This document shows positions 18,754-27,290 of a stretch of 32,000 nt of DNA, one piece after another. The stretch is from Halalkalibacterium halodurans (GTDB taxonomy: Bacteria; Bacillota; Bacilli; Bacillales; Bacillaceae_D). Under the pieces are notes generated by a model. That model ran no database searches and had not been told where the DNA came from. It was given only the letters and a program-made list of their open reading frames with translations. A program made the translations under genes and the position numbers. Position 1 is the stretch's first letter. Each line of letters begins with the position of its first letter. The stretch lies in contig NZ_SNUY01000020.1 in assembly GCF_004376175.1 (NCBI RefSeq), forward strand, positions 6,541 to 38,540. Direction: 5' to 3'.

Positions 18754-20301
18754 ATGGCGGAAACAACTCCATCTCTTTCCATTGAGTATGTGCAGCACTT
18801 ACTAAATAAAAAATTCCAATCGTATATTGCTGAGCGCGGAAAGCGATATCATGAAGAAGGTAAAGTGATTAACTTTTCCGTTCAGTCGAATAACAGGATT
18901 GAAGCACAGGTAGACGGAACACATTTATACCATGTGACAGTGGTTCTTGACGACTTTGGCCTGAGCAACTGCACGTGTCCATACGAAGACTACTGTAAAC
19001 ATATGGCAGCCGTCTTGTATGAATGGCAACATCGCCAAGTACTAGCCAACATCTGGGATAAAAATATTCCGCAACCTGTGATCGATACGCTCCATCCTGT
19101 ACTGTTTTCAACCTATCGTCAGCTCATATCAAGAGCTTATTTAACAGTGGCACAGGTAGAGGAGCTGATGGAAGCCATGAAAACAGCTGTGAAGCAACAC
19201 TTTTCAGATGCGGAAGCGGCGGTCATTTATATTTATATCATTCAAGCCATGTACGGTATGGCCACGTCCTATCAAACGTACGAACGACAAGAACGACGGT
19301 TTTCTTCTTTTTTTCAAGGGCTACAAGAATTCATAATCCAAGCGCTACCTGCCCTATCAGACGGTGACCTGCTACGGCTTGCCAAGGCGATGTTCCGTTC
19401 CTTTTTGTCTAATGAAAACACGGAATACGGACCTTGGGAATCTCTAATGAGGGAGTTTCTCCCCCTCGTTCCGTCACGACTATATCAAAGGCTATCCGAT
19501 TTATTAGACGCTACGTATGAAAAGCAACCGCTAGGAAAAAAAGGGCGGTTAGTGAAAAGCTATTTTCTCCTAGCTGAAGGACATGGTCTACTCGCATTAC
19601 AGCAGCTTGAAGGTCATACGATCCGAGAGCCTGATGTCCTTCCTCATATGACATGGATGAAAACAAATCACGCATGGACAACGATGAAAGCATGGTTTCA
19701 CATGCTCTTTCCTCGTAAAGAGTCGGCCTTTCTCTACCTACAGCCGTTTTACGATGAAATGGAAGTTGAGACAGCCAGTGATGAATCTTTGCAATCGTCG
19801 AACGTTTGGGCACGCTGGCTCCAACAGCCTTCATATCAACGGCTGCTGTCACTAACGAAGAATTGGTCAAAAGAAAAACGCTCAGCACTTATTCAAGAGC
19901 TGCTTCCAGCCTTAAAAAATCAGCTAGAGCAAATGCCTTCACGGATAGCGTATATTAAGCTCCTCACCCTAGAAAAACGAGCGGAGGAAGGGGCGAACTA
20001 TTTACTACAATATGAAACAGAGCCTTTTCGTTTACGCCCTGAGGTAAATGAATTACTGCAAATGATTCAGCGTGAAAACAGAGAACTGCTGTTTCCTGTT
20101 TACCATCAATTCGTGCTCCGTTTAATCGAAAAAAAATCCAGACCTCATTATGAAGAGGCTGTCCATTTTTTAAAAATCTTGCATTGTTTGTATAAGGAAA
20201 CCGAAGACAAGGAACGCTTTCACCAATACATTCGCCGGTTAAAATATACGTATAAATCGTACCGAGCGTTGCTAGAGGAGTTGAGACAGCTTGATTCCTA
20301 A
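18754..20301 (+). CDS. SWIM zinc-finger protein (YwqB-like)
   Basis: SWIM signature CTCPYEDYCKH (CxCx5CxH) lies at 18970..19002. The ATG at 18754 has GAGGAGG upstream. About 430 aa of helical repeat-like sequence follow. Confidence 0.8.
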   Translation: MAETTPSLSIEYVQHLLNKKFQSYIAERGKRYHEEGKVINFSVQSNNRIEAQVDGTHLYHVTVVLDDFGLSNCTCPYEDYCKHMAAVLYEWQHRQVLANIWDKNIPQPVIDTLHPVLFSTYRQLISRAYLTVAQVEELMEAMKTAVKQHFSDAEAAVIYIYIIQAMYGMATSYQTYERQERRFSSFFQGLQEFIIQALPALSDGDLLRLAKAMFRSFLSNENTEYGPWESLMREFLPLVPSRLYQRLSDLLDATYEKQPLGKKGRLVKSYFLLAEGHGLLALQQLEGHTIREPDVLPHMTWMKTNHAWTTMKAWFHMLFPRKESAFLYLQPFYDEMEVETASDESLQSSNVWARWLQQPSYQRLLSLTKNWSKEKRSALIQELLPALKNQLEQMPSRIAYIKLLTLEKRAEEGANYLLQYETEPFRLRPEVNELLQMIQRENRELLFPVYHQFVLRLIEKKSRPHYEEAVHFLKILHCLYKETEDKERFHQYIRRLKYTYKSYRALLEELRQLDS

Positions 20302-23278
20302 TATCATCGTCCACGGTGGTTGGTTCAAAGATCACTTTTTCATTTGGGGTGAAGAGCAAGCCTCTTCCTCCTCAGGCCGAATCGTTCGTTTCGAATATCC
20401 TTTTTTATATTCACCCTTTGAGTTAAGGCTTGCCCTGTTTCGGCATGATCCTCATTCTTTTTACGGGAGTTTTTTGCAACATGGCCAAGCTGTTTTAGAA
20501 GTCCCATTGGCGGAAAGAGCGTTTCATTCCCCTGCGGGTACAACAACGATCTACCAAGCCGAACCCTCGATGAAATCGTTTCGTTTTCCTGTCGAAGGGA
20601 TTATGCTCTCGGCCGATGAATTGTTTGACTACGGTTTATTTTTGTCAAAGCTTGGGTCATCTTCGTCTGATGAATGGGTATTGGCTGACGACTTTCACTT
20701 TTGGCTCCATTTTTTCTTGTACATTCGCCAATCCATCAGAAACGGAGCCTTTTCACCATCCGCTCAAGGAACGTGGGTACTTAATAATCCGCATTGGAAA
20801 GCTTGGGCAGAAGCCATGCCCGAGGTGTGTCTTGCCCTTACGGAAAACGCCCCTCTTATTCAAACAACGGAAGAAGAACCAGTTCATGAACAATTGCAGG
20901 CGATCGGTGAGCACCTGACCGATAAGTGGATTCGCCGTTTGCTTCAAACAGATAAAGGGAAAGATCGCTTTCTTTCTTATGTTCAGTCGCTCCATCCATC
21001 TGTCAAACGAACGCTTGAACAGATGGGACCTTACGGAGAGGGACCGACGGAAGAGACGCATTCAGAAAAAGTAGACCGTGATCACTTTCTCGAAGCCGTT
21101 GGTGTGAAACCTCAGGCGCCATTCCAATGTGCCTTTGTGTTAAAAGAACCGATAACGGGTAAGACGGATTGGACCCTGTCCCTATGTGTGGTCGATAAAG
21201 TCAATCCATCGATTATCGTGGAAATGGAAGAGCTAAGCCAAGGGCAACACCCATGGCGAATGAATCCAGTACCATTACTAAAAGAACGGTTACCAGCCGT
21301 CACCGATCGTCTTCCTCTTTTGCAATCGATAAAGCTTTCTTCTCCTGTCATAAAGCTATCGAATGAGGAAGCATATCATTTGTTTACAACCTATGATGAA
21401 TACTTAAAGGAACTTGGCTTTCGTCTCATCGTTCCTCGCTGGCTCACCCAACGAAGGCCATTAAAAGTGAAACTGAAAATGGATGCCCACGCCTTGCACT
21501 CAGAGGTGGAGCCACTATTAAATTGGCAAAGCGTCGCTTCGTTTCAATATGAACTGGCGATTGGGGATAACCGAGTTTCGCTAGAAGAATTCCAAACGTT
21601 TGTAGATGAAAACCGTCCGTTTTTACAGCTTAATGGCGAATGGATTGCTTGGGACCCATCCTTAGCTAAAAAATTGCGCGCTTATTTGAATAAGCTTGAA
21701 CACGGGCAAACGACTTATCTTGATGCTTGGCGATTAGAGCAATCGGAAGAAGGATCTTTTCAAGAAGCGGTGGAGTGGGAGCTTGAGTGGAGCGCTGAAA
21801 TCGAACAAAAGATCAAACAGTTGTTTCAACAGAACGTTCCATTAAGACCAGCACCTGCTTCCCTTCAGGCGACACTTCGTCCTTATCAGGAAGAGGGGGC
21901 TTCTTGGCTTATCCACCTTCGAGAGACAGGCTTTGGCGGTTGCCTAGCCGATGATATGGGGTTAGGAAAAACCGTACAGACCATTTCCTACATTCTCTAT
22001 GTGCTCGAACACGGACAGCAGAACAAAAAGCCATTTCTATTGTTTTGTCCTACATCGCTCATTACAAACTGGGTTCATGAATGTAAAACGTTTGCTCCAA
22101 GCCTAAATGTTTATGTTCACCATGGACAACAGCGTCATCAAGAAAATGAGACGGCTTGGCGCGAAGCAGATATTGTCATTTCCTCCTACTCCTTAGCATA
22201 TAAAGATCTCGACCAATGGAAGGACATTGAATGGAATGGACTAATCCTTGATGAAGCACAGCAAATCAAAAACGTTGATACGAAACAGCGGCAGGCGGTG
22301 AAATCCATTCGTGCAGCTCATCGAATCGCGTTAACTGGGACACCAATTGAAAATCGGTTAAAAGAATTATGGTCGATCATGGATGTATTGAACCCGTCCT
22401 ATTTAAAATCACTCACCCATTTTACGCGGACCTTTATTAAGCCGATTGAAAGAGAAAAGGATGAAGCACGCCTTCAAGAATTGCAGCAACTCATTCAACC
22501 GTTGCTGCTACGGAGAAAAAAATCCGATGAAGCCTTAGCACTACAACTACCTGAAAAACGAGAGCACGTTCATCGTGTGTCACTAAGCGTCGAGCAAGCG
22601 GCATTGTATCAGGCGGTCGTTGATAACATGGTGCATCAGCTTGGCGACGTGACCCATATGGAACGGCGAGCACTCATCTTAAAAACTCTCACAAAGCTGA
22701 AGCAAATTTGCAACCACCCTGCCCACTTTTTAAAGGATAAAAACGTTGATGCTCATCAATCAGAAAAATGGGAGTTGCTGCTAACCTTAAGTGAGCAAAT
22801 CATGGATCGACAAGAGAAAATGCTCATCTTTACGCAATTTAAGGAGATGGGTCATTTAATGCAAGATGCGTTTCAGTCGCAAATAGGTACACCGATCCCA
22901 TTTTTGCACGGCAGTTTATCACGCCAACAAAGACAAGAAGCGGTAGAACGATTTCAAAATGACCGCGAGCTGCCAATCTTTATTCTTTCGCTCAAAGCTG
23001 GAGGGGTTGGGCTAAATTTAACAGCGGCCAATCATGTCATTCATTACGATCGGTGGTGGAACCCGGCGGTGGAAAATCAAGCGACCGACCGCGCCTATCG
23101 AATCGGGCAAACAGCGGATGTCACGGTCCATAAGCTAATGACAGAAGGAACATTGGAGGAGCGAATTCATCAAATGCTTGAGAGCAAGCAAGCTCTCGCC
23201 GAGCAAATTTTAACGGCAGGCGAAAACCAACTAACTGAGCTAACAGACGACGAATTGTTAGCACTCATCCGACTATAG
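20291..23278 (+). CDS. SNF2-family helicase/ATPase with long N-terminal extension (YwqA-like)
   Basis: Motif I DDMGLGKT (21950..21973), motif II DEAQ (22250..22261), ALTGTPIEN, and C-terminal LKAGGVGLNLT and WWNPAVENQATDRAYRIGQ are all present. The TTG start overlaps the SWIM gene's 3' end by 11 nt; GAGGAG lies 10 nt upstream. Confidence 0.88.
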   Translation: MIPNIIVHGGWFKDHFFIWGEEQASSSSGRIVRFEYPFLYSPFELRLALFRHDPHSFYGSFLQHGQAVLEVPLAERAFHSPAGTTTIYQAEPSMKSFRFPVEGIMLSADELFDYGLFLSKLGSSSSDEWVLADDFHFWLHFFLYIRQSIRNGAFSPSAQGTWVLNNPHWKAWAEAMPEVCLALTENAPLIQTTEEEPVHEQLQAIGEHLTDKWIRRLLQTDKGKDRFLSYVQSLHPSVKRTLEQMGPYGEGPTEETHSEKVDRDHFLEAVGVKPQAPFQCAFVLKEPITGKTDWTLSLCVVDKVNPSIIVEMEELSQGQHPWRMNPVPLLKERLPAVTDRLPLLQSIKLSSPVIKLSNEEAYHLFTTYDEYLKELGFRLIVPRWLTQRRPLKVKLKMDAHALHSEVEPLLNWQSVASFQYELAIGDNRVSLEEFQTFVDENRPFLQLNGEWIAWDPSLAKKLRAYLNKLEHGQTTYLDAWRLEQSEEGSFQEAVEWELEWSAEIEQKIKQLFQQNVPLRPAPASLQATLRPYQEEGASWLIHLRETGFGGCLADDMGLGKTVQTISYILYVLEHGQQNKKPFLLFCPTSLITNWVHECKTFAPSLNVYVHHGQQRHQENETAWREADIVISSYSLAYKDLDQWKDIEWNGLILDEAQQIKNVDTKQRQAVKSIRAAHRIALTGTPIENRLKELWSIMDVLNPSYLKSLTHFTRTFIKPIEREKDEARLQELQQLIQPLLLRRKKSDEALALQLPEKREHVHRVSLSVEQAALYQAVVDNMVHQLGDVTHMERRALILKTLTKLKQICNHPAHFLKDKNVDAHQSEKWELLLTLSEQIMDRQEKMLIFTQFKEMGHLMQDAFQSQIGTPIPFLHGSLSRQQRQEAVERFQNDRELPIFILSLKAGGVGLNLTAANHVIHYDRWWNPAVENQATDRAYRIGQTADVTVHKLMTEGTLEERIHQMLESKQALAEQILTAGENQLTELTDDELLALIRL

Positions 23279-23291
23279 AAAGGAGGATTCT

Positions 23292-23474
23292 ATGGCCGCG
23301 GACGATCGTTTTTCCCATTATTGGCGATTGAAAAAGCAGTTGCCAAAAATCGACGACACTCCGATATATGAAGATGAATCCTTGTTAAAGGAAGAGTGGC
23401 TAAAACTAAGAAAAGCGATTCAAGAGGAAGCAAAGAGCGCTTTTCCACCGAACACAGAAAAGAGCGAAGACTAA
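23292..23474 (+). CDS. hypothetical 60-aa hydrophilic protein
   Basis: AAAGGAGG lies 6 nt upstream of the ATG, and the ORF begins 13 nt after the helicase stop. Its stop codon sits inside a strong hairpin. Confidence 0.55.
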   Translation: MAADDRFSHYWRLKKQLPKIDDTPIYEDESLLKEEWLKLRKAIQEEAKSAFPPNTEKSED

Positions 23475-23487
23475 TTGTCTTCGCTCT
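23461..23487. terminator. bidirectional terminator hairpin
   Basis: AGAGCGAAGAC-taatt-GTCTTCGCTCT is an 11-bp perfect stem. In the minus sense TTTTCT follows it. Confidence 0.7.
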
Positions 23488-23494
23488 TACTTTA
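23487..23494. repeat. target-site duplication, left copy (TTACTTTA)
   Basis: Identical 8-mer to the one directly abutting the other IS end. Confidence 0.9.
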
Positions 23495-23521
23495 GGCTCT
23501 ATAATATTTGTTGGGGTTAAG
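23495..23521. repeat. IS left inverted repeat
   Basis: GGCTCTATAATATTTGTTGGGGTTAAG, compared with the reverse complement of 24929..24955. Confidence 0.8.
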
Positions 23522-23615
23522 AAACAAATATGAGCATAAAAAAACACGCAAACATCCAATTCTTTTATACTTGAGTTGACTAGAAACAAGTTTGAAAGAA
23601 TGGAGTTGCGTGCAT

Positions 23616-24830
23616 ATGAATTTTACCATGAATTTTCCTGGGTTAAAAGATACATTCATTACCAAGGTTGAAGAGGTTGGAGAGATCGTGCGTCTTTATG
23701 TGGAGATGGAGCGGAAAGTACACCGTTGTCCTAAATGTCAGAAGAGGACAAAAAAAGTTCATGATTATCGTATTCAAAAGATCAAACATTTAAAGTGGTT
23801 TGAAAGGCAAACACAGATTTTTTATAAGAGACGTCGTTATGTTTGCGCTTGTGGGAAGAGATTCGCCGAGAATAATTCGTTTGTAGAACGATACCAACGT
23901 ACTTCTATTGAGTGGAACCAGGCAGTTGCTATTCGAGCGATCAAAGGAAAAACGTTTAAAGAAACAGCTGAGAATTATGGAAGTTCTGCCACAACCATCG
24001 TTCGCCGGTTTGACCAAATTTCAAGCAGTGAAATTCGTCCCGTAGAGGAATTGCCAGCTATTATTGCCATTGATGAGTATAAAGGAGATACAAAGGAAGG
24101 AAAATATCAGCTGATTATAGCTGACGCAGTGACAAAAGAGCCCTTAGATATTCTGCCGAACCGTTATAAGCGTACGATTAAAGATTACTTAAGAAGACAT
24201 GGAAGTAAGGTCCAGATGGTGATTATGGATATGAGTCCATCCTTTAAAGCTGCTGTTCAAGAGGCTCTGGGAAGGCCAGTTATCATTGCAGATCGATTCC
24301 ACTTTTGTAGATATATCTACTGGGCACTTGACGGAGTAAGGAGAAGAGTACAAAAGGATTTTCATGCATATGACCGCAAGAAGTGTAAGCGAATGAAACA
24401 TGTATTCCACAAGGAAAACAGCAGGTTGACAGAGGAAGAGCGTTGGTACTTGGATCGTTACTTAAAAATGTCAACAGAGCTTCAAAAGGCTTATGAATTA
24501 AAGGAAGCTTATCAGGACTGGTTTAAACGTTCCAAAGAAATAGGGGCAACCCAAATAGAAAGAGTCAAAAAGGAATTAAAAGCGATCTATAAATTAGTTA
24601 AGAATTCAGGGATACCAGAAATGTGCAGAGCTATAGGCACCTTCGAAAACTGGCAGACGGAAATTTTAAATAGCTTTGCGTATGGTTATTCAAATGGATT
24701 TTTAGAAGGGATTAATAATTCCACAAAGGTACTAAAGCGAAATGCATTTGGTTTTAGAAGCTATGAACGCTTTCGAGCAAAAATACTATTAACACATAAG
24801 TATAAAAGAATTGGGGTTCACATCGGTTAA
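23616..24830 (+). CDS. ISL3-family transposase
   Basis: N-terminal zinc-finger region HRCPKCQ...YVCACGKRF is followed by a DDE domain (IAIDEYKG, MDMSPSF, NGFLEGINN). I prefer the ATG at 23616 (MNFTMNFPG). Confidence 0.9.
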   Translation: MNFTMNFPGLKDTFITKVEEVGEIVRLYVEMERKVHRCPKCQKRTKKVHDYRIQKIKHLKWFERQTQIFYKRRRYVCACGKRFAENNSFVERYQRTSIEWNQAVAIRAIKGKTFKETAENYGSSATTIVRRFDQISSSEIRPVEELPAIIAIDEYKGDTKEGKYQLIIADAVTKEPLDILPNRYKRTIKDYLRRHGSKVQMVIMDMSPSFKAAVQEALGRPVIIADRFHFCRYIYWALDGVRRRVQKDFHAYDRKKCKRMKHVFHKENSRLTEEERWYLDRYLKMSTELQKAYELKEAYQDWFKRSKEIGATQIERVKKELKAIYKLVKNSGIPEMCRAIGTFENWQTEILNSFAYGYSNGFLEGINNSTKVLKRNAFGFRSYERFRAKILLTHKYKRIGVHIG

Positions 24831-24861
24831 TGTTGTTTTGTGGCGAACGAGAAATTACGTT

Positions 24862-24901
24862 TTATTCGGTTGAAGGCTGGTACCAGCCTTCAACCGAATA
24901 A
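24862..24901. repeat. 40-bp perfect palindrome inside the IS 3' end
   Basis: TTATTCGGTTGAAGGCTGG-TA-CCAGCCTTCAACCGAATAA. No U-tract follows it on either strand. Confidence 0.85.
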
Positions 24902-24928
24902 AAGGCCACCAAGCGTAGCGCGGTAGCC

Positions 24929-24955
24929 CTTCACCCCAACATTTGACGGAGAACC
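24929..24955. repeat. IS right inverted repeat
   Basis: The reverse complement is GGTTCTCCGTCAAATGTTGGGGTGAAG. Confidence 0.8.
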
Positions 24956-24963
24956 TTACTTTA
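24956..24963. repeat. target-site duplication, right copy (TTACTTTA)
   Basis: Identical to 23487..23494. It contains the stop codon of the lipoprotein gene. Confidence 0.9.
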
Positions 24964-25462
24964 TGACGGTCGTTTGTGCTTTGTATGGAGACGGCTTTGG
25001 AACCGATTCGCCATCAACTGCAGCGACAACGACTTCTGCTAGCAACGTGTACGTACCTGACTCAAGGTCTCCTGCTGGGATCGATTCGGTCCATGTTTTC
25101 GATTCCCCTGCTGCAAGCGTCTCATCAATGAGCGCCATCGTAAACATCTTATCGTCCGAGTAACGATAGACTGTATCACCTGCTTCATTTTTCAAGATCA
25201 ACTCATATTGCTGACCTGAAGAAAATTGAAAATGAACATCTTGATCGGTCGTGTTTATGAGCGTAATCGTTGCTTCGATTTGATCTCCTACTGTTTCTGC
25301 TGATACAGATACATTCACACCATTCACCTCAGATTCTTCTTCTTTTAGTTCTTCAGCATCCCCATTCGTTCCATCACCACTTGGCTCAGAACTGGTCCCC
25401 TGCCCGCAAGCAGAAAGAGTAGCGAGACCTAATGCCAATAATAGGGTCAAACATCTTCTCAT
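24956..25462 (-). CDS. BsuPI-family (Ipi-like) protease inhibitor, predicted lipoprotein
   Basis: FQFSSGQQYELILKN...VYRYSDDKMFTMA matches the FQFSTGQKFELVV...RYRYSKEKMFTQA core of B. subtilis Ipi as I remember it. The N-terminus has a signal peptide with lipobox LSAC and an acidic Gly/Ser linker. GGGAGAGTG SD. Confidence 0.75.
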   Translation of the reverse strand: MRRCLTLLLALGLATLSACGQGTSSEPSGDGTNGDAEELKEEESEVNGVNVSVSAETVGDQIEATITLINTTDQDVHFQFSSGQQYELILKNEAGDTVYRYSDDKMFTMALIDETLAAGESKTWTESIPAGDLESGTYTLLAEVVVAAVDGESVPKPSPYKAQTTVIK

Positions 25463-25497
25463 CTTTCTTCACTCTCCCTTCAACAAAAACCTGCCAT

Positions 25498-26334
25498 TTA
25501 CGTTTTGCGAAACAATCCGTATACACCCTCTGTATGCACAATATTCGTGAACGCCTCTGGGTCCACTTCTTGAACAACGTGTCGTAAGTCATACAGCTCG
25601 TAACGCGTAAGGACGATCATCAGCACTTCTTTATCATCCTCTAAATACCCACCTTTTGCCGGCATTCTCGTGATCCCTCGTGTGATTCGCTCGTGAATCG
25701 CTTTTCGCAATTCTGTCGGCTTCTTCGTGACAATCATCGCAGTGAGCTTAACATGGCGAGTATGAATCGCATCAATGATCCGGGATGTCACGTATAACGT
25801 CACAAGAGTGTACAATGCTTTTTCTGCATCAAACAAAAAACCTGATGCGACCACGATCAACCCATTCAAAAGGAAAAAATAAATGCCGACGGGACGATCA
25901 CTGACTCTCGATAACAAGAGGGCAATAATGTCCAATCCACCAGATGAAGCGCCGACTTTCAACGTGATTCCAGCACCAATTGCCGCAACCACCCCGCCAA
26001 ATACAGCGTTTAACAAAATATCAGGGGAAAACGCCTGAACCGGAAACACTTCTAAAAACAGCGTCGTCAATGCCACACTTAGAAAGGAGTAAACCGTGAA
26101 GGCCTTCCCGAGCTTTAACCAACCGATAATTGCAACTGGAATGTTGAGCAACAACAGTAAAATCCCCGTCGATAGAGGCAAGAGCGTTGCTAAGATTTGC
26201 GCCACTCCCGTAAACCCACTAGCAAATACATCAGCTGGAATAAGGAAGAAGTTTAAAGAAGCAGCGAGAAAAACAGCTCCTATCACAACAACGACGATCT
26301 TTTTTAACTCATTCCACATCGTCTGCTTCATCAT
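25498..26334 (-). CDS. YitT-family membrane protein (DUF2179 C-terminal domain)
   Basis: Several TM helices are followed by a soluble C-terminal domain. The start is uncertain: ATG 26334 or 26331 overlaps the upstream stop, and TTG 26379 has a GGAGAG SD. Confidence 0.7.
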   Translation of the reverse strand: MMKQTMWNELKKIVVVVIGAVFLAASLNFFLIPADVFASGFTGVAQILATLLPLSTGILLLLLNIPVAIIGWLKLGKAFTVYSFLSVALTTLFLEVFPVQAFSPDILLNAVFGGVVAAIGAGITLKVGASSGGLDIIALLLSRVSDRPVGIYFFLLNGLIVVASGFLFDAEKALYTLVTLYVTSRIIDAIHTRHVKLTAMIVTKKPTELRKAIHERITRGITRMPAKGGYLEDDKEVLMIVLTRYELYDLRHVVQEVDPEAFTNIVHTEGVYGLFRKT

Positions 26335-27113
26335 GTCCTCACAGATGTAGTCGTTGCCATTAACTGTCTTACCATCCAATCGACGCTCTCCAGTAGGGCT
26401 GCTCGTGAGACTTTGTGATCACCCCGAGGATCAGACGTAAACACCACTTGCTCATAGTTTCTTTGTTGTAGCTGCTCATTCAGTTGCTGAGAGTAGGCAA
26501 AAGGAACAACGTTATCACGCTCCCCATGCCACAAATAAAGCGGACGATTGTTTAAAGCATCAATCTCCTCGCCAAGATCAACCTCTTTCAATTTAATGAG
26601 GGTGTCTTCCTTTATTTCATTCGCCAGTGTAACCCCTCTTTCCTCAAGAAACTCGATCTGCTTTTTTGCAAAGTGCTGGTAAAAGGCACTTCCCATTAAG
26701 CTAGCACCTGCCCTGATCCAAGGGTATTTCTTTAAGGCGCCGAACATAGTGATCGCCCCCATTGATGTCCCTGTTACACCAATGGCGTCGCTAGCCGTCC
26801 ACCCGTTTTCCACGACAAAATGTTTCATCTGAGGTAACTCTTCAATCGATCGCAGCACGATTTCCCAAAAGGAAAGCTGCAATTTCTGTTCGTCTTCAAA
26901 AGCTGCCCGTTCTCCGTGATAGAGGGCTTCTGGTAAGATGACGCGTATCCTCTTTTGTGCAAGTAAATACGCATGATGAAGATTATGCTCCTTCGCACTA
27001 GTAAACCCGTGTAAAAAAAACACGGTCGGTAAAGGCTCATGACGGAGCTCTTCTTGTACTACATGTAACGCCGGAATTGAAGCAATGGTTTCATTTGTAA
27101 CGGATATCATCAT
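26331..27113 (-). CDS. alpha/beta hydrolase (YitV-like esterase)
   Basis: Nucleophile elbow GTSMGA is present, and N-terminal IPALHVV...FFLHGFTSAKEHNLH resembles B. subtilis YitV. The ATG at 27113 or 27110 has AGGAG upstream. Confidence 0.75.
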   Translation of the reverse strand: MMISVTNETIASIPALHVVQEELRHEPLPTVFFLHGFTSAKEHNLHHAYLLAQKRIRVILPEALYHGERAAFEDEQKLQLSFWEIVLRSIEELPQMKHFVVENGWTASDAIGVTGTSMGAITMFGALKKYPWIRAGASLMGSAFYQHFAKKQIEFLEERGVTLANEIKEDTLIKLKEVDLGEEIDALNNRPLYLWHGERDNVVPFAYSQQLNEQLQQRNYEQVVFTSDPRGDHKVSRAALLESVDWMVRQLMATTTSVRT

Positions 27114-27147
27114 CTCACTCCTGCTTTTTTCATTTCCATTTTTTCTA

Positions 27148-27156
27148 ATTATAGCA
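27148..27156 (-). promoter_or_regulatory. extended -10 element (TGcTATAAT) for the yitV-like operon
   Basis: Perfect TATAAT with a TGn extension, about 35 nt upstream of the start codon. No good -35 element. Confidence 0.4.
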
Positions 27157-27250
27157 TTGTCCAGTAAAGAACACATCTTGTATCCTTTTAGACATTTTAC
27201 CGCTTCTTTTTTCTCATACGGCTATCCTTTGATTATAAAAGGTGGCTCTC

Positions 27251-27290
27251 AAAAAGAAAAATGCATGAAGCAACATTTAAGGCTTCATGC
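27251..27290 (-). terminator. rho-independent terminator
   Basis: Minus strand reads GCATGAAGC-10 nt-GCTTCATGC followed by ATTTTTCTTTTT. It overlaps the stop of the 84-aa gene. Confidence 0.7.

Larger units (their letters stand above)
23495..24955 (+). mobile_element. ISL3-family insertion sequence, 1461 bp, apparently intact
   Basis: Single transposase ORF. Terminal inverted repeats begin GGCTCT / GGTTCT and share a TGTTGGGGT core (18 of 27 positions match). A perfect 8-bp direct repeat flanks the element. Confidence 0.9.

Noticed and set aside
18754-24955. The SWIM/SNF2 cassette plus IS, considered as a horizontally acquired defence island.
   Set aside because: The IS has its own perfect target-site duplication, so it is a simple independent insertion rather than an island border. 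There is no integrase, tRNA or direct-repeat boundary. No obvious compositional shift is visible by eye. The gene pair resembles a conserved Bacillus locus.
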